From NCBI GenBank assembly GCA_050014195.1, contig JBEKDT010000003.1, forward strand, positions 206,204 to 270,203: 64,000 bases of DNA. The letters are read 5' to 3'. Made by a program: the position numbers and the translations under genes. Each line of letters starts with the position of its first letter. Within the stretch, counting starts at the first letter, position 1. The notes under the pieces were generated by a model, which was not told where the DNA came from, did no database searches, and worked only from the letters and a program-made list of their open reading frames with translations. Source of the DNA: Desulfomonilia bacterium (GTDB lineage: Bacteria > Desulfobacterota > Desulfomonilia > UBA1062). Shown piece after piece: positions 1 to 8,902 of this stretch.

Positions 1-39
1 TTCTTATATATGTTGGTTAACCCGACACAAGGTGATCTC

Positions 40-618
40 ATGGATAAGCGGAATGCATTTTCATCAAATCATGTTGCCAAGGCGTTGAATATTGAGCCGG
101 AGAGGCTGCGTCAATGGATAAGGCTTGGGTTTGTCACGCCGAATACCCCGGCGAAAGGCCAGGGCAGCCGGGGGATCTTTACGCGTGGAGATGTCTACTC
201 TGTGGAACTTTTCAGGCGGCTTTTGGACTTGGGAATAGCGAGATCGTTCGCGGCATCGCTCTCCCGGGTGTACTCTGTCCCCCGTAGATATTTTAGCCTC
301 AGCGAGGAGACGGGACGGCCCATTGAAAAATCTAAAGAAGATGATGCTTCTGAAGAGAGTTTGATTGAGGCCGGGGATATCCTCTGCATCGTCTTTCACA
401 ATGATCCGAAGTTCCCGGAAGTCAAGCTGTTGACCCCGACCGCGATCCTGGCTGTTGTTGGGACCAAGATCCTGAAAAAGGAGCAGAGGGAAAAAACAAC
501 TTTCGAGGACCTGATTTCCTCGAAGAGGGATCTGCTCGGCAAGGGAGAGTGGACGCGCATGCTCGCTGTGAACTTGAAAAAATTGCGTGATGAGATCGAT
601 GCAGGATTGCCGGACTAA
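40..618 (+). CDS. MerR-type helix-turn-helix DNA-binding protein with unrecognised C-terminal region
   Basis: N-terminus FSSNHVAKALNIEPERLRQWIRLGFVTP...GSRGIFTRGDV fits the MerR/excisionase-like HTH pattern; ATG at 40 preceded by AAGGTG. Confidence 0.65.
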   Translation: MDKRNAFSSNHVAKALNIEPERLRQWIRLGFVTPNTPAKGQGSRGIFTRGDVYSVELFRRLLDLGIARSFAASLSRVYSVPRRYFSLSEETGRPIEKSKEDDASEESLIEAGDILCIVFHNDPKFPEVKLLTPTAILAVVGTKILKKEQREKTTFEDLISSKRDLLGKGEWTRMLAVNLKKLRDEIDAGLPD

Positions 619-848
619 GGATTACGGGAGGATATTTTTTGATTATTGCCGTCATCCCGGCATTAGGCATGCAATCTATCCGGACCTTTTAAATATTTGC
701 AGTGACGGCGAAATGACTGGTGGCAAATTTTTCTTACAAAGCCAGGTATAATCTGCGATTCCGCTCGATTTCTTTGATGAAAAAAAGGCAGATCTTTTTT
801 CTGTGCATGCAAGTGAATCTCTTTTATATGAAGAATTGCCGTCTGTCT

Positions 849-1349
849 TCATCCCTTACCCTCGTTCTCCTGATGGGCAGCCTCACTGCGTATTTCCTGC
901 TGCCTGAGCTCCCTGCGCGCCTGAGCCTCCTTGCAACGCCTAGCCTGTTCGTTGTTCTCGACGATCAGAGGCGGGACCTTCATGGGCTTTGAGCCGGAAT
1001 CCAGGGCAACATAGGTCAGGTAGGCCGATGCCGTATGCCGCACCTCTCCAGTCAGGAGATCTTCGGCCTCCACCCGCACGCCCACCTCCATGGATGTTTT
1101 GCCGACCATGTTTATGCTTGCCTTGAGCGTAATGAGGTTCCCGATGTAGACCGGGTTGTGGAAATGCAGACGGTCGATGGATGCCGTGACGACATTGCTG
1201 CGGGCATGCCTTGCTGCAACCGATCCCCCGGCATTATCGATGAGTTTCATGATTACCCCGCCATGGACATTCCCGGCGGGATTGGCGTCTTCCGGGGTCA
1301 TCAGCTGCGCCATCGTAATCATGCTTTCACTTACCGTTTTTCCCTTCAT
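849..1349 (-). CDS. Acyl-CoA thioesterase, hotdog fold (YciA-like)
   Basis: DANPAGNVHGGVIMKLID, VVTASID, VGKTSMEVGV motifs; start moved to MKGK with GAGG upstream. Confidence 0.9.
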   Translation of the reverse strand: MKGKTVSESMITMAQLMTPEDANPAGNVHGGVIMKLIDNAGGSVAARHARSNVVTASIDRLHFHNPVYIGNLITLKASINMVGKTSMEVGVRVEAEDLLTGEVRHTASAYLTYVALDSGSKPMKVPPLIVENNEQARRCKEAQARRELRQQEIRSEAAHQENEGKG

Positions 1350-1533
1350 AGCATTTACCTCTCTGTCCAATAGGTGCTTAGGTTTATTCCCGCAAAGCAG
1401 CCGGGTCAAGCATTGCTTTTTTTATCGGGAATTTGACTTAAGGCATCTCACGAGGGTATCATTACCCTGGGAGAAATAGAGGCATGTTTGAGATACTATC
1501 CCCAATGGCGGGGATGAAAGCGTGAGGAGGAAC

Positions 1534-1605
1534 ATGTGTAAAGGCCGATATGGGGGCATTTCGTATGGTGAAACCGCCGGTTCATCTCTGATTGATCTTC
1601 CATGA
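1534..1605 (+). CDS. Putative 23-aa leader ORF MCKGRYGGISYGETAGSSLIDLP
   Basis: GAGGAGG at 1524-1530, ATG at 1534, TGA at 1603-1605 overlapping the glycosyltransferase ATG (ATGA). Confidence 0.4.
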   Translation: MCKGRYGGISYGETAGSSLIDLP

Positions 1606-2978
1606 GCAGGGTCATCTTCCTCACACACCCGACCATGGGACACCTGAACAGTCTTCTGTCAATCGCCCTGAAGCTCAGGGAGAATGGGCATGATGTGCAG
1701 TTCATCGTGCCAGGGTCAAACCTCGCGGACCCAAGGATCAAGATGTTCAAGGTGTTCTATAATGGGAAAGTCGTTCCGGAGAAGATCCGTTCACATGGCA
1801 TCCCCATCCGCCTGCTTTTCCCCCCGCTGCCATACATATACTTTGCAGCAAGGCTTCCATCGACCAAGAGATTTGAAGAGACAAAAATGGCGCTGCGTCT
1901 TTTCAGCTCTGGACTGAAAAGCTACACAAGACGCGTAAACAGGCTTGTACAAAAATTCCGGCCCGATATGATAGTGGCCGATTTCTTTTTCTATGCCGCG
2001 CCATTGGTGGCTGAAATGAATGCGTTACCCTATGCTGCCATCTACCACTGCGGGCTCCCCTTTGCAGGGAAAGACGTCCCGCCGTTCGGCAGCGGCCTCC
2101 CGGTATCCGCTCAGGATACACCGCTGATGAGATCATACAAGAAAAAGGAGCAGGAGCTGTGCGGCAGGCTCAATGCGACGATCAACAGGGCGAGACAAAC
2201 CTTTTCCCTGAGGCCTGTCGTCAATGACATGCTGAAGTCGCCGCATTCCCCATGGCTCAACCTCATCGTAACCCATGAGTCCATTGACATCCCGCGTGAC
2301 GGACTCGATCCCCACACGGTCTACGTAGGGCCCATATTCATGAACATGGGGATGAACAGATCCTCCTTCCCTTATGAAGACTTGAGAAATGACCAGTACA
2401 AGATCTATGTCTCTTTAGGGACGGTGTTCAATGACAAGCCGAAGACCTATCTCGAAATCATCGAGGCCCTGCAGGGGAATCCGGACTACCAGATCATCGT
2501 GAGCGCAGGAGGCTCTTACGAAGCGGTTGCCAAGAAGGACCATAACAGGAATGTCATGCTCTTTCGGTCCGTCCCCCAGGCCGAGCTGCTGAGCCGTGTG
2601 GATCTTGTCATCAGTCATGGGGGCAACAACACCCTGAATGAAACGCTCTATCATGGCAAGCCGGTCATTGTTCTCCCGGTGGGTGGTGAGCAGCATGACA
2701 ATGCATCAAGGATCGAGTTTCTCAGGCTGGGATGCCGCCTTGACATGGACTCGCTGAGCGGTGAGGCTCTCCGCAGCACAGTCGAGAATATCAGGAACAA
2801 CACGGAAATGAGCCGGCGTCTCAAGGATGTAAGCGAAGAGCTCATGAAATCGGACGGCACAACATCTTCAGTGCGGTTGATCGAGTGGGTTATGGAGCAC
2901 AGGAGGCCCTTTGCAAGAAAACATCATCTGCCCCGAACCATCCCCAAACTCATGCTCGATCAATATCTTGAGGATTGA
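1602..2978 (+). CDS. GT1 UDP-glycosyltransferase, MGT/macrolide-glycosyltransferase-like
   Basis: N-terminal PTMGHLN catalytic His; YVSLGTVFN; VPQAELL...ISHGGNNTLNE...GGEQHDNA nucleotide-sugar signature. Confidence 0.9.
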   Translation: MSRVIFLTHPTMGHLNSLLSIALKLRENGHDVQFIVPGSNLADPRIKMFKVFYNGKVVPEKIRSHGIPIRLLFPPLPYIYFAARLPSTKRFEETKMALRLFSSGLKSYTRRVNRLVQKFRPDMIVADFFFYAAPLVAEMNALPYAAIYHCGLPFAGKDVPPFGSGLPVSAQDTPLMRSYKKKEQELCGRLNATINRARQTFSLRPVVNDMLKSPHSPWLNLIVTHESIDIPRDGLDPHTVYVGPIFMNMGMNRSSFPYEDLRNDQYKIYVSLGTVFNDKPKTYLEIIEALQGNPDYQIIVSAGGSYEAVAKKDHNRNVMLFRSVPQAELLSRVDLVISHGGNNTLNETLYHGKPVIVLPVGGEQHDNASRIEFLRLGCRLDMDSLSGEALRSTVENIRNNTEMSRRLKDVSEELMKSDGTTSSVRLIEWVMEHRRPFARKHHLPRTIPKLMLDQYLED

Positions 2979-3064
2979 AAGTTATATTTCCCCTCATACA
3001 CAAAAAAATACGGTATAATAATTGATGGGCGCCAGGCTTTATAATCAACGCGAAAGGACGTTTT

Positions 3065-3598
3065 ATGCGCACAAACATCGTTCTCACCCTTACCGGTACC
3101 GACCGGACCGGGATCGTAGAAGAAATCACGAAATTACTGCTCGATCTCGGCGGCAATGTGGAAACCAGTCGCATGGCCCGGCTGGGTGGCGAGTTTGCCG
3201 TTTTGATGCTGGTATCCATGCCTGCAGAGAAACTGGCCGACCTGGACAAACGCATACAGGCCCTTATACGCCAGGGATTCAAGGTGACAACCGTGCGCAC
3301 AGAATTTACCTATGCCGAAGCCCATGCCGGCTGGTTGCCTTACCAGATTGAAGTCCTTGGAGCGGATCACGAAGGCATCATCCACGAGATTGCCCACACC
3401 CTTTCACAATGCGGCATTAATATTGAGTCCATGGATACGGAGACGACCCGGGCACCGAACAGCGGTGCCCCGTTGTTTTCCATGACCGCTCTTGTCGTTG
3501 CACCGCCAAACCTGACGCGCAAAAACCTGGTGGCTGCCCTCAAAGATGCGGGACATCGTCTCCAGGTGGACATCAAGGTGTCGGCTGCAGCAAGGTAA
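3065..3598 (+). CDS. Tandem ACT-domain protein, GcvR-like
   Basis: LTGTDRTGIV...SRMARLGGEFA and LGADHEGII...GINIESM ACT repeats. Confidence 0.85.
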   Translation: MRTNIVLTLTGTDRTGIVEEITKLLLDLGGNVETSRMARLGGEFAVLMLVSMPAEKLADLDKRIQALIRQGFKVTTVRTEFTYAEAHAGWLPYQIEVLGADHEGIIHEIAHTLSQCGINIESMDTETTRAPNSGAPLFSMTALVVAPPNLTRKNLVAALKDAGHRLQVDIKVSAAAR

Positions 3599-3619
3599 TG
3601 ATAGTGGGGGGATGAGCCG

Positions 3620-3660
3620 ATTTCCCGGGTGGAATAAAGGGTATCATTTTATCCGGAAAT
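3620..3660 (+). other. Intergenic stem-loop
   Basis: ATTTCCCGGGTGGAAT pairs with ATTTTATCCGGAAAT (15 bp, 1 bulge, 3 G-U pairs), 10-nt loop. Confidence 0.4.
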
Positions 3661-3689
3661 AAGGTGCTGATCGCAGTACGAAAGACACG

Positions 3690-4580
3690 ATGAACAAAGG
3701 AACCTGGTATGCCATTGGGGCATATGCCCTCTGGGGCCTGCTGCCCATATATTGGAAGTGGCTGCATCATGTCCCGGCAACGCAGGTGCTCTGCCATCGG
3801 ATCTTCTGGTCGTTCCTGACCCTGTTCATCATCATCCTTCTCTTGCGCCAGTGGAACGCATTCCGGCTGGCCCTTGCCAACCCGCGCGTGTTGTGCGCAT
3901 ACACCGGAGCTGCATGCCTGATAAGCATCAACTGGCTCACCTACATCTGGGCAGTGGGGGCCGGGTTCATCATAGAGACCAGCCTGGGGTACTTCATCAA
4001 CCCATTGCTCAGTGTTCTCCTGGGTGTCGTCATCTTCCGTGAACGCCTCAGGACGTGGCAATGGATCTCTATCACCCTGGCGGCTGCAGGCGTTGTGTAT
4101 CTGACAATCGTCTATGGATCCCTGCCCTGGATTGCATTAACCCTTGCCGTCACCTTCGGCCTCTATGGCCTGGTCAAGAAGATTTCCCCGCTCGGCTCGC
4201 TCTACGGCCTGACCCTGGAGACAGGCGTCCTACTTCTGCCGGCATTCATATTCCTGCTCTATTCCGACAAGGCCGGGAATGGATCGTTCCTTCATGCCGG
4301 TATTATCTCCGATATCCTGCTTGCAGGAGCAGGGGTCATTACCGTTGTGCCCCTGCTGCTGTTCTCGTCGGCAGCCAGGCGCATCCCGCTCTCGCTCATC
4401 GGCATATTGCAGTACATTGCCCCTACACTCCAGTTCCTCCTTGGGGTGTTTGTTTATAGTGAACCCTTTACAACCGCAAAGTTCATCGGCTTTGGGATTG
4501 TATGGATCGCGCTCATCATCTATGGGGTGGAAGGCCTCATGGTCTACAGGGAACAGATGTTTCCCGTAGTGTCGGAATAG
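3690..4580 (+). CDS. rarD: EamA/DMT transporter RarD
   Basis: LWGLLPIYWK, SLGYFINPL, ERLR, GILQYIAPTLQF RarD motifs; about 10 hydrophobic segments. Confidence 0.9.
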   Translation: MNKGTWYAIGAYALWGLLPIYWKWLHHVPATQVLCHRIFWSFLTLFIIILLLRQWNAFRLALANPRVLCAYTGAACLISINWLTYIWAVGAGFIIETSLGYFINPLLSVLLGVVIFRERLRTWQWISITLAAAGVVYLTIVYGSLPWIALTLAVTFGLYGLVKKISPLGSLYGLTLETGVLLLPAFIFLLYSDKAGNGSFLHAGIISDILLAGAGVITVVPLLLFSSAARRIPLSLIGILQYIAPTLQFLLGVFVYSEPFTTAKFIGFGIVWIALIIYGVEGLMVYREQMFPVVSE

Positions 4581-4677
4581 GCTGGCGTATGTTCCTTCTC
4601 CTTGGGACGGATCTTATTACATGGGTTATTCACCGTGGAGTCGACAACCGCGAACGACAATCCCAATGGGCTTTTTC

Positions 4678-5490
4678 CTATACAATGCCCTTAAGGAAGC
4701 CCACTGCATTGTCGAAGATGGCCATGCCCTCGCCCCTATCCGGCAGGGTTTTCATCCTTGTCCAGCAGGGGTGGTTTGTTGCATGGGTATAGGCCTCGGG
4801 GTGCGGCATGAGTCCGAAGATCCGGCCTGTCTTGTCGCAGATGCCGGCAATGGCGGATATTGCCCCGTTGGGGTTAAAGGGATATTCCATGGTAGGGGAG
4901 AATTGATCATCGGCATACTGAACCGTTATCAGGTTGGCCTTTGTGATCTCTGAGAGCGTTTCCTCGTTGTCACACACAAACTTGCCCTCGCCGTGACGGA
5001 CCGGCACGGGTAGATGGTCAATCCCTTTTGTAAATACACAGGGGCTTAACGGGTTCACCTTCAGGGTTATCCAGCGGTCCTCGAACTTGGCAGAGTCGTT
5101 GAAGGTGAGCGACACCCTCCTCTTTCCGAGCGGGTTGCCGGGCAGGATGCCCGACTTCACCATGGCCTGGAAGCCGTTGCAGACCCCCAGGATGAGCATA
5201 CCCCGGCTTATGAAGGTCTCGATCTCCTCGAACAGGGTCTTTCTGGATGTCTTTACACGCGCATGTTTCAGGCGGACACTTTCCACCTGGGCGGAGCCGA
5301 GGTCATCGCCGTCGAGGAATCCGCCGGGGAGGTTGAGGAAATGATAATCATTGATTTTATAGGTGCCGCTCAAGACCTCGCTGATGTGGGCGATATCGGT
5401 CCGAGCGCCTGCGAGCCTGCAGGCGTAAGCCATCTCCATCTCGCAGTTGGTTCCGTATCCGGTTATGACAAGCGCCTTTATCGTAGCCAT
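4678..5490 (-). CDS. purQ: FGAM synthase glutaminase subunit
   Basis: GTNCE, PGGFLDGD, LGVCNGFQ nucleophile, HGEGKF, NPNG, MPHPE. Confidence 0.95.
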   Translation of the reverse strand: MATIKALVITGYGTNCEMEMAYACRLAGARTDIAHISEVLSGTYKINDYHFLNLPGGFLDGDDLGSAQVESVRLKHARVKTSRKTLFEEIETFISRGMLILGVCNGFQAMVKSGILPGNPLGKRRVSLTFNDSAKFEDRWITLKVNPLSPCVFTKGIDHLPVPVRHGEGKFVCDNEETLSEITKANLITVQYADDQFSPTMEYPFNPNGAISAIAGICDKTGRIFGLMPHPEAYTHATNHPCWTRMKTLPDRGEGMAIFDNAVGFLKGIV

Positions 5491-5491
5491 A

Positions 5492-8440
5492 TCAGAAATC
5501 CAGACGAGCCTTCCAGGCGGCCTTCAATGTGCCTAAGTCTTCCCGGATGAGGGCAGCCCCTGCTATCGATCTGACGGAAAGAAGTGTATCTGCTGTTGAT
5601 TGCCCGATGCAAGCCGCATCCCTGCCGAAGAGCTTTTCTATTTTTTTAGCGTCTCTCGGGCTCACCTCGATAATGATCCTGCTCTGTGACTCGGAATACA
5701 GGATCTCCGTATCGTTCATACCGGTCTCGGAGGGGACCTTGCCCAGGTCGACGGCAAGACCGAATCCGCCGGAAAAGGCCATCTCAGCCAGACACACGGC
5801 AAGCCCGCCGTCCGAGCAGTCATGGGCCGACAGGATGAGGCCCTCTGTTATGGCCCTGTGGAGCGAGCGGTATCGCTTTAAGGCCTTTTTTGCATCCACT
5901 TCTGGTACGAAAGCGCCTTTTCTCCCGAAGGAAGCAAGATACTCGCTCCCGCCGAGCTCGTTCTTTGTCTTGCCCAGGATGTAGATGAGGCTGCCTTCGC
6001 GCTTGATGTCCATGGTCACGGCCTTCGTGATGTCAGGGATCTTGCCGATGACCGAGATCAGTATGGTAGGCGGTATGGAGATCTTGACGTCTCCGCCGAT
6101 GTAATCGTTCTTCATGCTGTCTTTACCCGAGATCATGGGGCAGGAATAGGCAAGGGCATAGTCATAGAGCGCCCTGTTCGCCCTCACGAGCTGGGCGAGC
6201 TTGAATGAGCCGTCTTTGTTCCTTGCACTGACCACCGGGTCGCACCAGCAGAAGTTGTCGAGAAAGGCCCAGTGATCAGGGTTGCCGCCTACGCAGATGT
6301 AGTTCCTGAGGGCCTCATCCAGGGCACAGGCAGCCATGTGATAGGCATCCAGGTCCGAATACCTGGGGACAATGCCGTTAGATACTACAACGCCCTCGTT
6401 GGAATCCAGCAGGGGCTGTATAACCCCGGCATCAGAAGGTCCGTCGCAGCATACGCCCACCAGGGGTTTGACGACAGAGCCGCCCTGAACCTCATGATCG
6501 TATTGCCTTACCACGTATTCCTTGGAGCAGATGTTGAGCCTGCCGAGCATCTCCTTGAGCTTGGCTGCGTGGTCGGAAGGCTCCGGCGTCGGGCTTTTGT
6601 CCGCCGAAGGCGGTGTCCAACGGGCTGTAAGCTTCATGGTAGGAAGACCGTTGTGGAGGAAATCCAGGCTCAAGTACGCCACGGTCTTGCCGGCATAGGT
6701 GCAGTGGAAGAACCCTGAATCCGTGAAGGTGCCGATTACCGTGGATTCAACACCCATTTCCTGCGACAGGCCAAGGAAGGCCTGAATGTTCTCTTGGGGT
6801 ACGGCCAGTGTCATACGCTCCTGCGCCTCGGAAAGAAGGATCTCCCACGGGCTCAGTCCGAGATATTTCACGAGCGGCTTTTCCAGCTCGATGTGGCACC
6901 CGCCGCAGGAAGTAGCCATTTCACCCACGGATGAAGACAAGCCTCCCGCCCCGTCATCGGTGATAGCGTGGTAGAGGCCCTTATCACGGGCGACGAGCAG
7001 GAAGTCGGTGAGCTTCTTTTGGGTGATGGGGTCGCCTATCTGTACTGCGGATGTCGGGGACGATTCATGGAGTTCTTCAGAGGAGAATGTTGCACCGTGG
7101 ATGCCGTCCTTGCCGATCCTGCCGCCAGACATAACGATTGAATCGCCGGGGATGATCTTTTTGATGTGGGATGGCTCTCCATTGATGATGGCGGGCATGA
7201 TGCCGGCTGTGCCGCAATAGACAAGGGGTTTCCCGAGATAGCGCTCGTCAAACACGATGCAGCCGTTGACTGTCGGGATTCCGGACTTGTTGCCGCCGTG
7301 CTCGACACCTTCCCTTACGCCCTCAAATATCCTCAAGGGGTGAAGGATTTTGGGCGGCAGCTTGCCCGTGTGGAACGGGCTTGCGAAGCAAAATACATCC
7401 GTGTTGAAGATGAGCTTGGAGCCCATGCCAGTGCCGAAGGGGTCGCGGTTGACGCCCACGATGCCGGTGAGCGCACCGCCGTACGGGTCAAGGGCAGAGG
7501 GGGAGTTGTGGGTCTCCACCTTGAAGACCAGATTATGATTATCATTGAACCTTATAACGCCTGCATTGTCGGAGAAGACACTCACGCATATGTCATTTTT
7601 CCCGGCGGCCTTGCGGATTTTCGATGTGGCGCCCTTGATATAGGTTGAGAATAATGAAAAGATCTCTTCCGATTTTCCGTCTTCCTCGTAGGTTATATGT
7701 GCATTGAAGATCTTGTGCTTGCAGTGCTCGGACCAGGTCTGGGCCAGACACTCGAGCTCCACGTCCGTTATCTTTTCGCCGAGTCCAAAAGCAGATCGCC
7801 TTTGCAGTGTCTCAGGGTCTTTCATATACCCTATAATTGTCTTCATCTCATTAAGGTTCAACGCCAGGGTCCGTTCCTGGGACAGCCGCAGCAGGGCATC
7901 ATCAGTAAGGTCCAGGGACAACTCTTCCACCACCGGCTCATGGAGCCCTGTAACCGTGGGGATAGAAGGTTCGATGGTCCCGCACTCGGGGTAACGCAGG
8001 ACTTTAAGGGTATGGATGAGCGGGTTGGCCAGGCATTCATCTGCAATTGCCTGCGCGGTGTCTCTCTCAAGGTCGCCCTGAAGGAGGTACCCCCGTGCGG
8101 AATAGACATTTACGGTGCTGCCGGAGATGAGCTCCAGGGCGTACCTCGCACTGTGCCCCACGTTGTCGGTGACCCCCGGCTTGAACCCGACCTCGATATA
8201 CCAGCCGCTCTCTGTTCGCAACAGAGTGCCTATGGCGATATCTTGGATGACCGGGTCACAGAAGGCCTCTTCAATCCATTCTCTTTTCAGGTCCTCTGCG
8301 GCGATATGATAGATATCAAAACAAAAGATTTGTCCGAGAGTCGTTAATTGTGGAAAGGCATGGAGGATCTGCCTTTTTACCCGTGCTCCCCGGGCATCAA
8401 AGAGGTGCGGCTTGAGCCCGACCTCAACCCGCAAACCCAT
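5492..8440 (-). CDS. purL: FGAM synthase synthetase subunit with N-terminal PurS-like extension
   Basis: QTWSEHCKHK, KVETHNSPS, GIHGATFSS, DDGAGGLSS, SEAQERM, QYDHEVQ, GKDSM, HDCSDGG. Confidence 0.95.
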   Translation of the reverse strand: MGLRVEVGLKPHLFDARGARVKRQILHAFPQLTTLGQIFCFDIYHIAAEDLKREWIEEAFCDPVIQDIAIGTLLRTESGWYIEVGFKPGVTDNVGHSARYALELISGSTVNVYSARGYLLQGDLERDTAQAIADECLANPLIHTLKVLRYPECGTIEPSIPTVTGLHEPVVEELSLDLTDDALLRLSQERTLALNLNEMKTIIGYMKDPETLQRRSAFGLGEKITDVELECLAQTWSEHCKHKIFNAHITYEEDGKSEEIFSLFSTYIKGATSKIRKAAGKNDICVSVFSDNAGVIRFNDNHNLVFKVETHNSPSALDPYGGALTGIVGVNRDPFGTGMGSKLIFNTDVFCFASPFHTGKLPPKILHPLRIFEGVREGVEHGGNKSGIPTVNGCIVFDERYLGKPLVYCGTAGIMPAIINGEPSHIKKIIPGDSIVMSGGRIGKDGIHGATFSSEELHESSPTSAVQIGDPITQKKLTDFLLVARDKGLYHAITDDGAGGLSSSVGEMATSCGGCHIELEKPLVKYLGLSPWEILLSEAQERMTLAVPQENIQAFLGLSQEMGVESTVIGTFTDSGFFHCTYAGKTVAYLSLDFLHNGLPTMKLTARWTPPSADKSPTPEPSDHAAKLKEMLGRLNICSKEYVVRQYDHEVQGGSVVKPLVGVCCDGPSDAGVIQPLLDSNEGVVVSNGIVPRYSDLDAYHMAACALDEALRNYICVGGNPDHWAFLDNFCWCDPVVSARNKDGSFKLAQLVRANRALYDYALAYSCPMISGKDSMKNDYIGGDVKISIPPTILISVIGKIPDITKAVTMDIKREGSLIYILGKTKNELGGSEYLASFGRKGAFVPEVDAKKALKRYRSLHRAITEGLILSAHDCSDGGLAVCLAEMAFSGGFGLAVDLGKVPSETGMNDTEILYSESQSRIIIEVSPRDAKKIEKLFGRDAACIGQSTADTLLSVRSIAGAALIREDLGTLKAAWKARLDF

Positions 8441-8444
8441 GGAA

Positions 8445-8834
8445 TTAGCCTTTTTCCTCTACATACAGAGGGGCAGCGGGCCCTTCAAGGCTTTCCCTTT
8501 CCGATTTGCATTTCACGCACAGTGTTGCAAAGGGCATGGCCTTGAGTCTTCCGGCAGGGATATTTTCGCCGCAGTCCTCGCAGAACCCATATTCACCATG
8601 CTCCATCCGGGTAAGGGCGCTCTCTATTTGGTCCAACTTCTGCCGTTCACGGGTGCCGAGCAGGAGGTTGAACTCCCTTGTCTGCTCGAGGTCGGCGTCG
8701 TCAAAGATATCGCCGATCTCACGCTGGGCTGTAATATCATTGGATTTGATTCTCTCAGCAAGGGTCTTTAGGATGTCCTTCTTCATCTGGAGAAGGATCT
8801 CTTTGATCTCGAGAAGCTCATTTTTTCTTAACAT
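8445..8834 (-). CDS. dksA: DksA/TraR C4 zinc-finger protein
   Basis: DIFDDA (DxxDxA) coiled-coil tip; YGFCEDCGENIPAGRLKAMPFATLCVKC; GGAGGA before ATG 8834. Confidence 0.8.
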   Translation of the reverse strand: MLRKNELLEIKEILLQMKKDILKTLAERIKSNDITAQREIGDIFDDADLEQTREFNLLLGTRERQKLDQIESALTRMEHGEYGFCEDCGENIPAGRLKAMPFATLCVKCKSERESLEGPAAPLYVEEKG

Positions 8835-8902
8835 CCTGTCCTCCACTGAAAATTTAAAAGTAGGCTACTTATACTTATTACATCCGCTCTGTCAACCATC
8901 AA

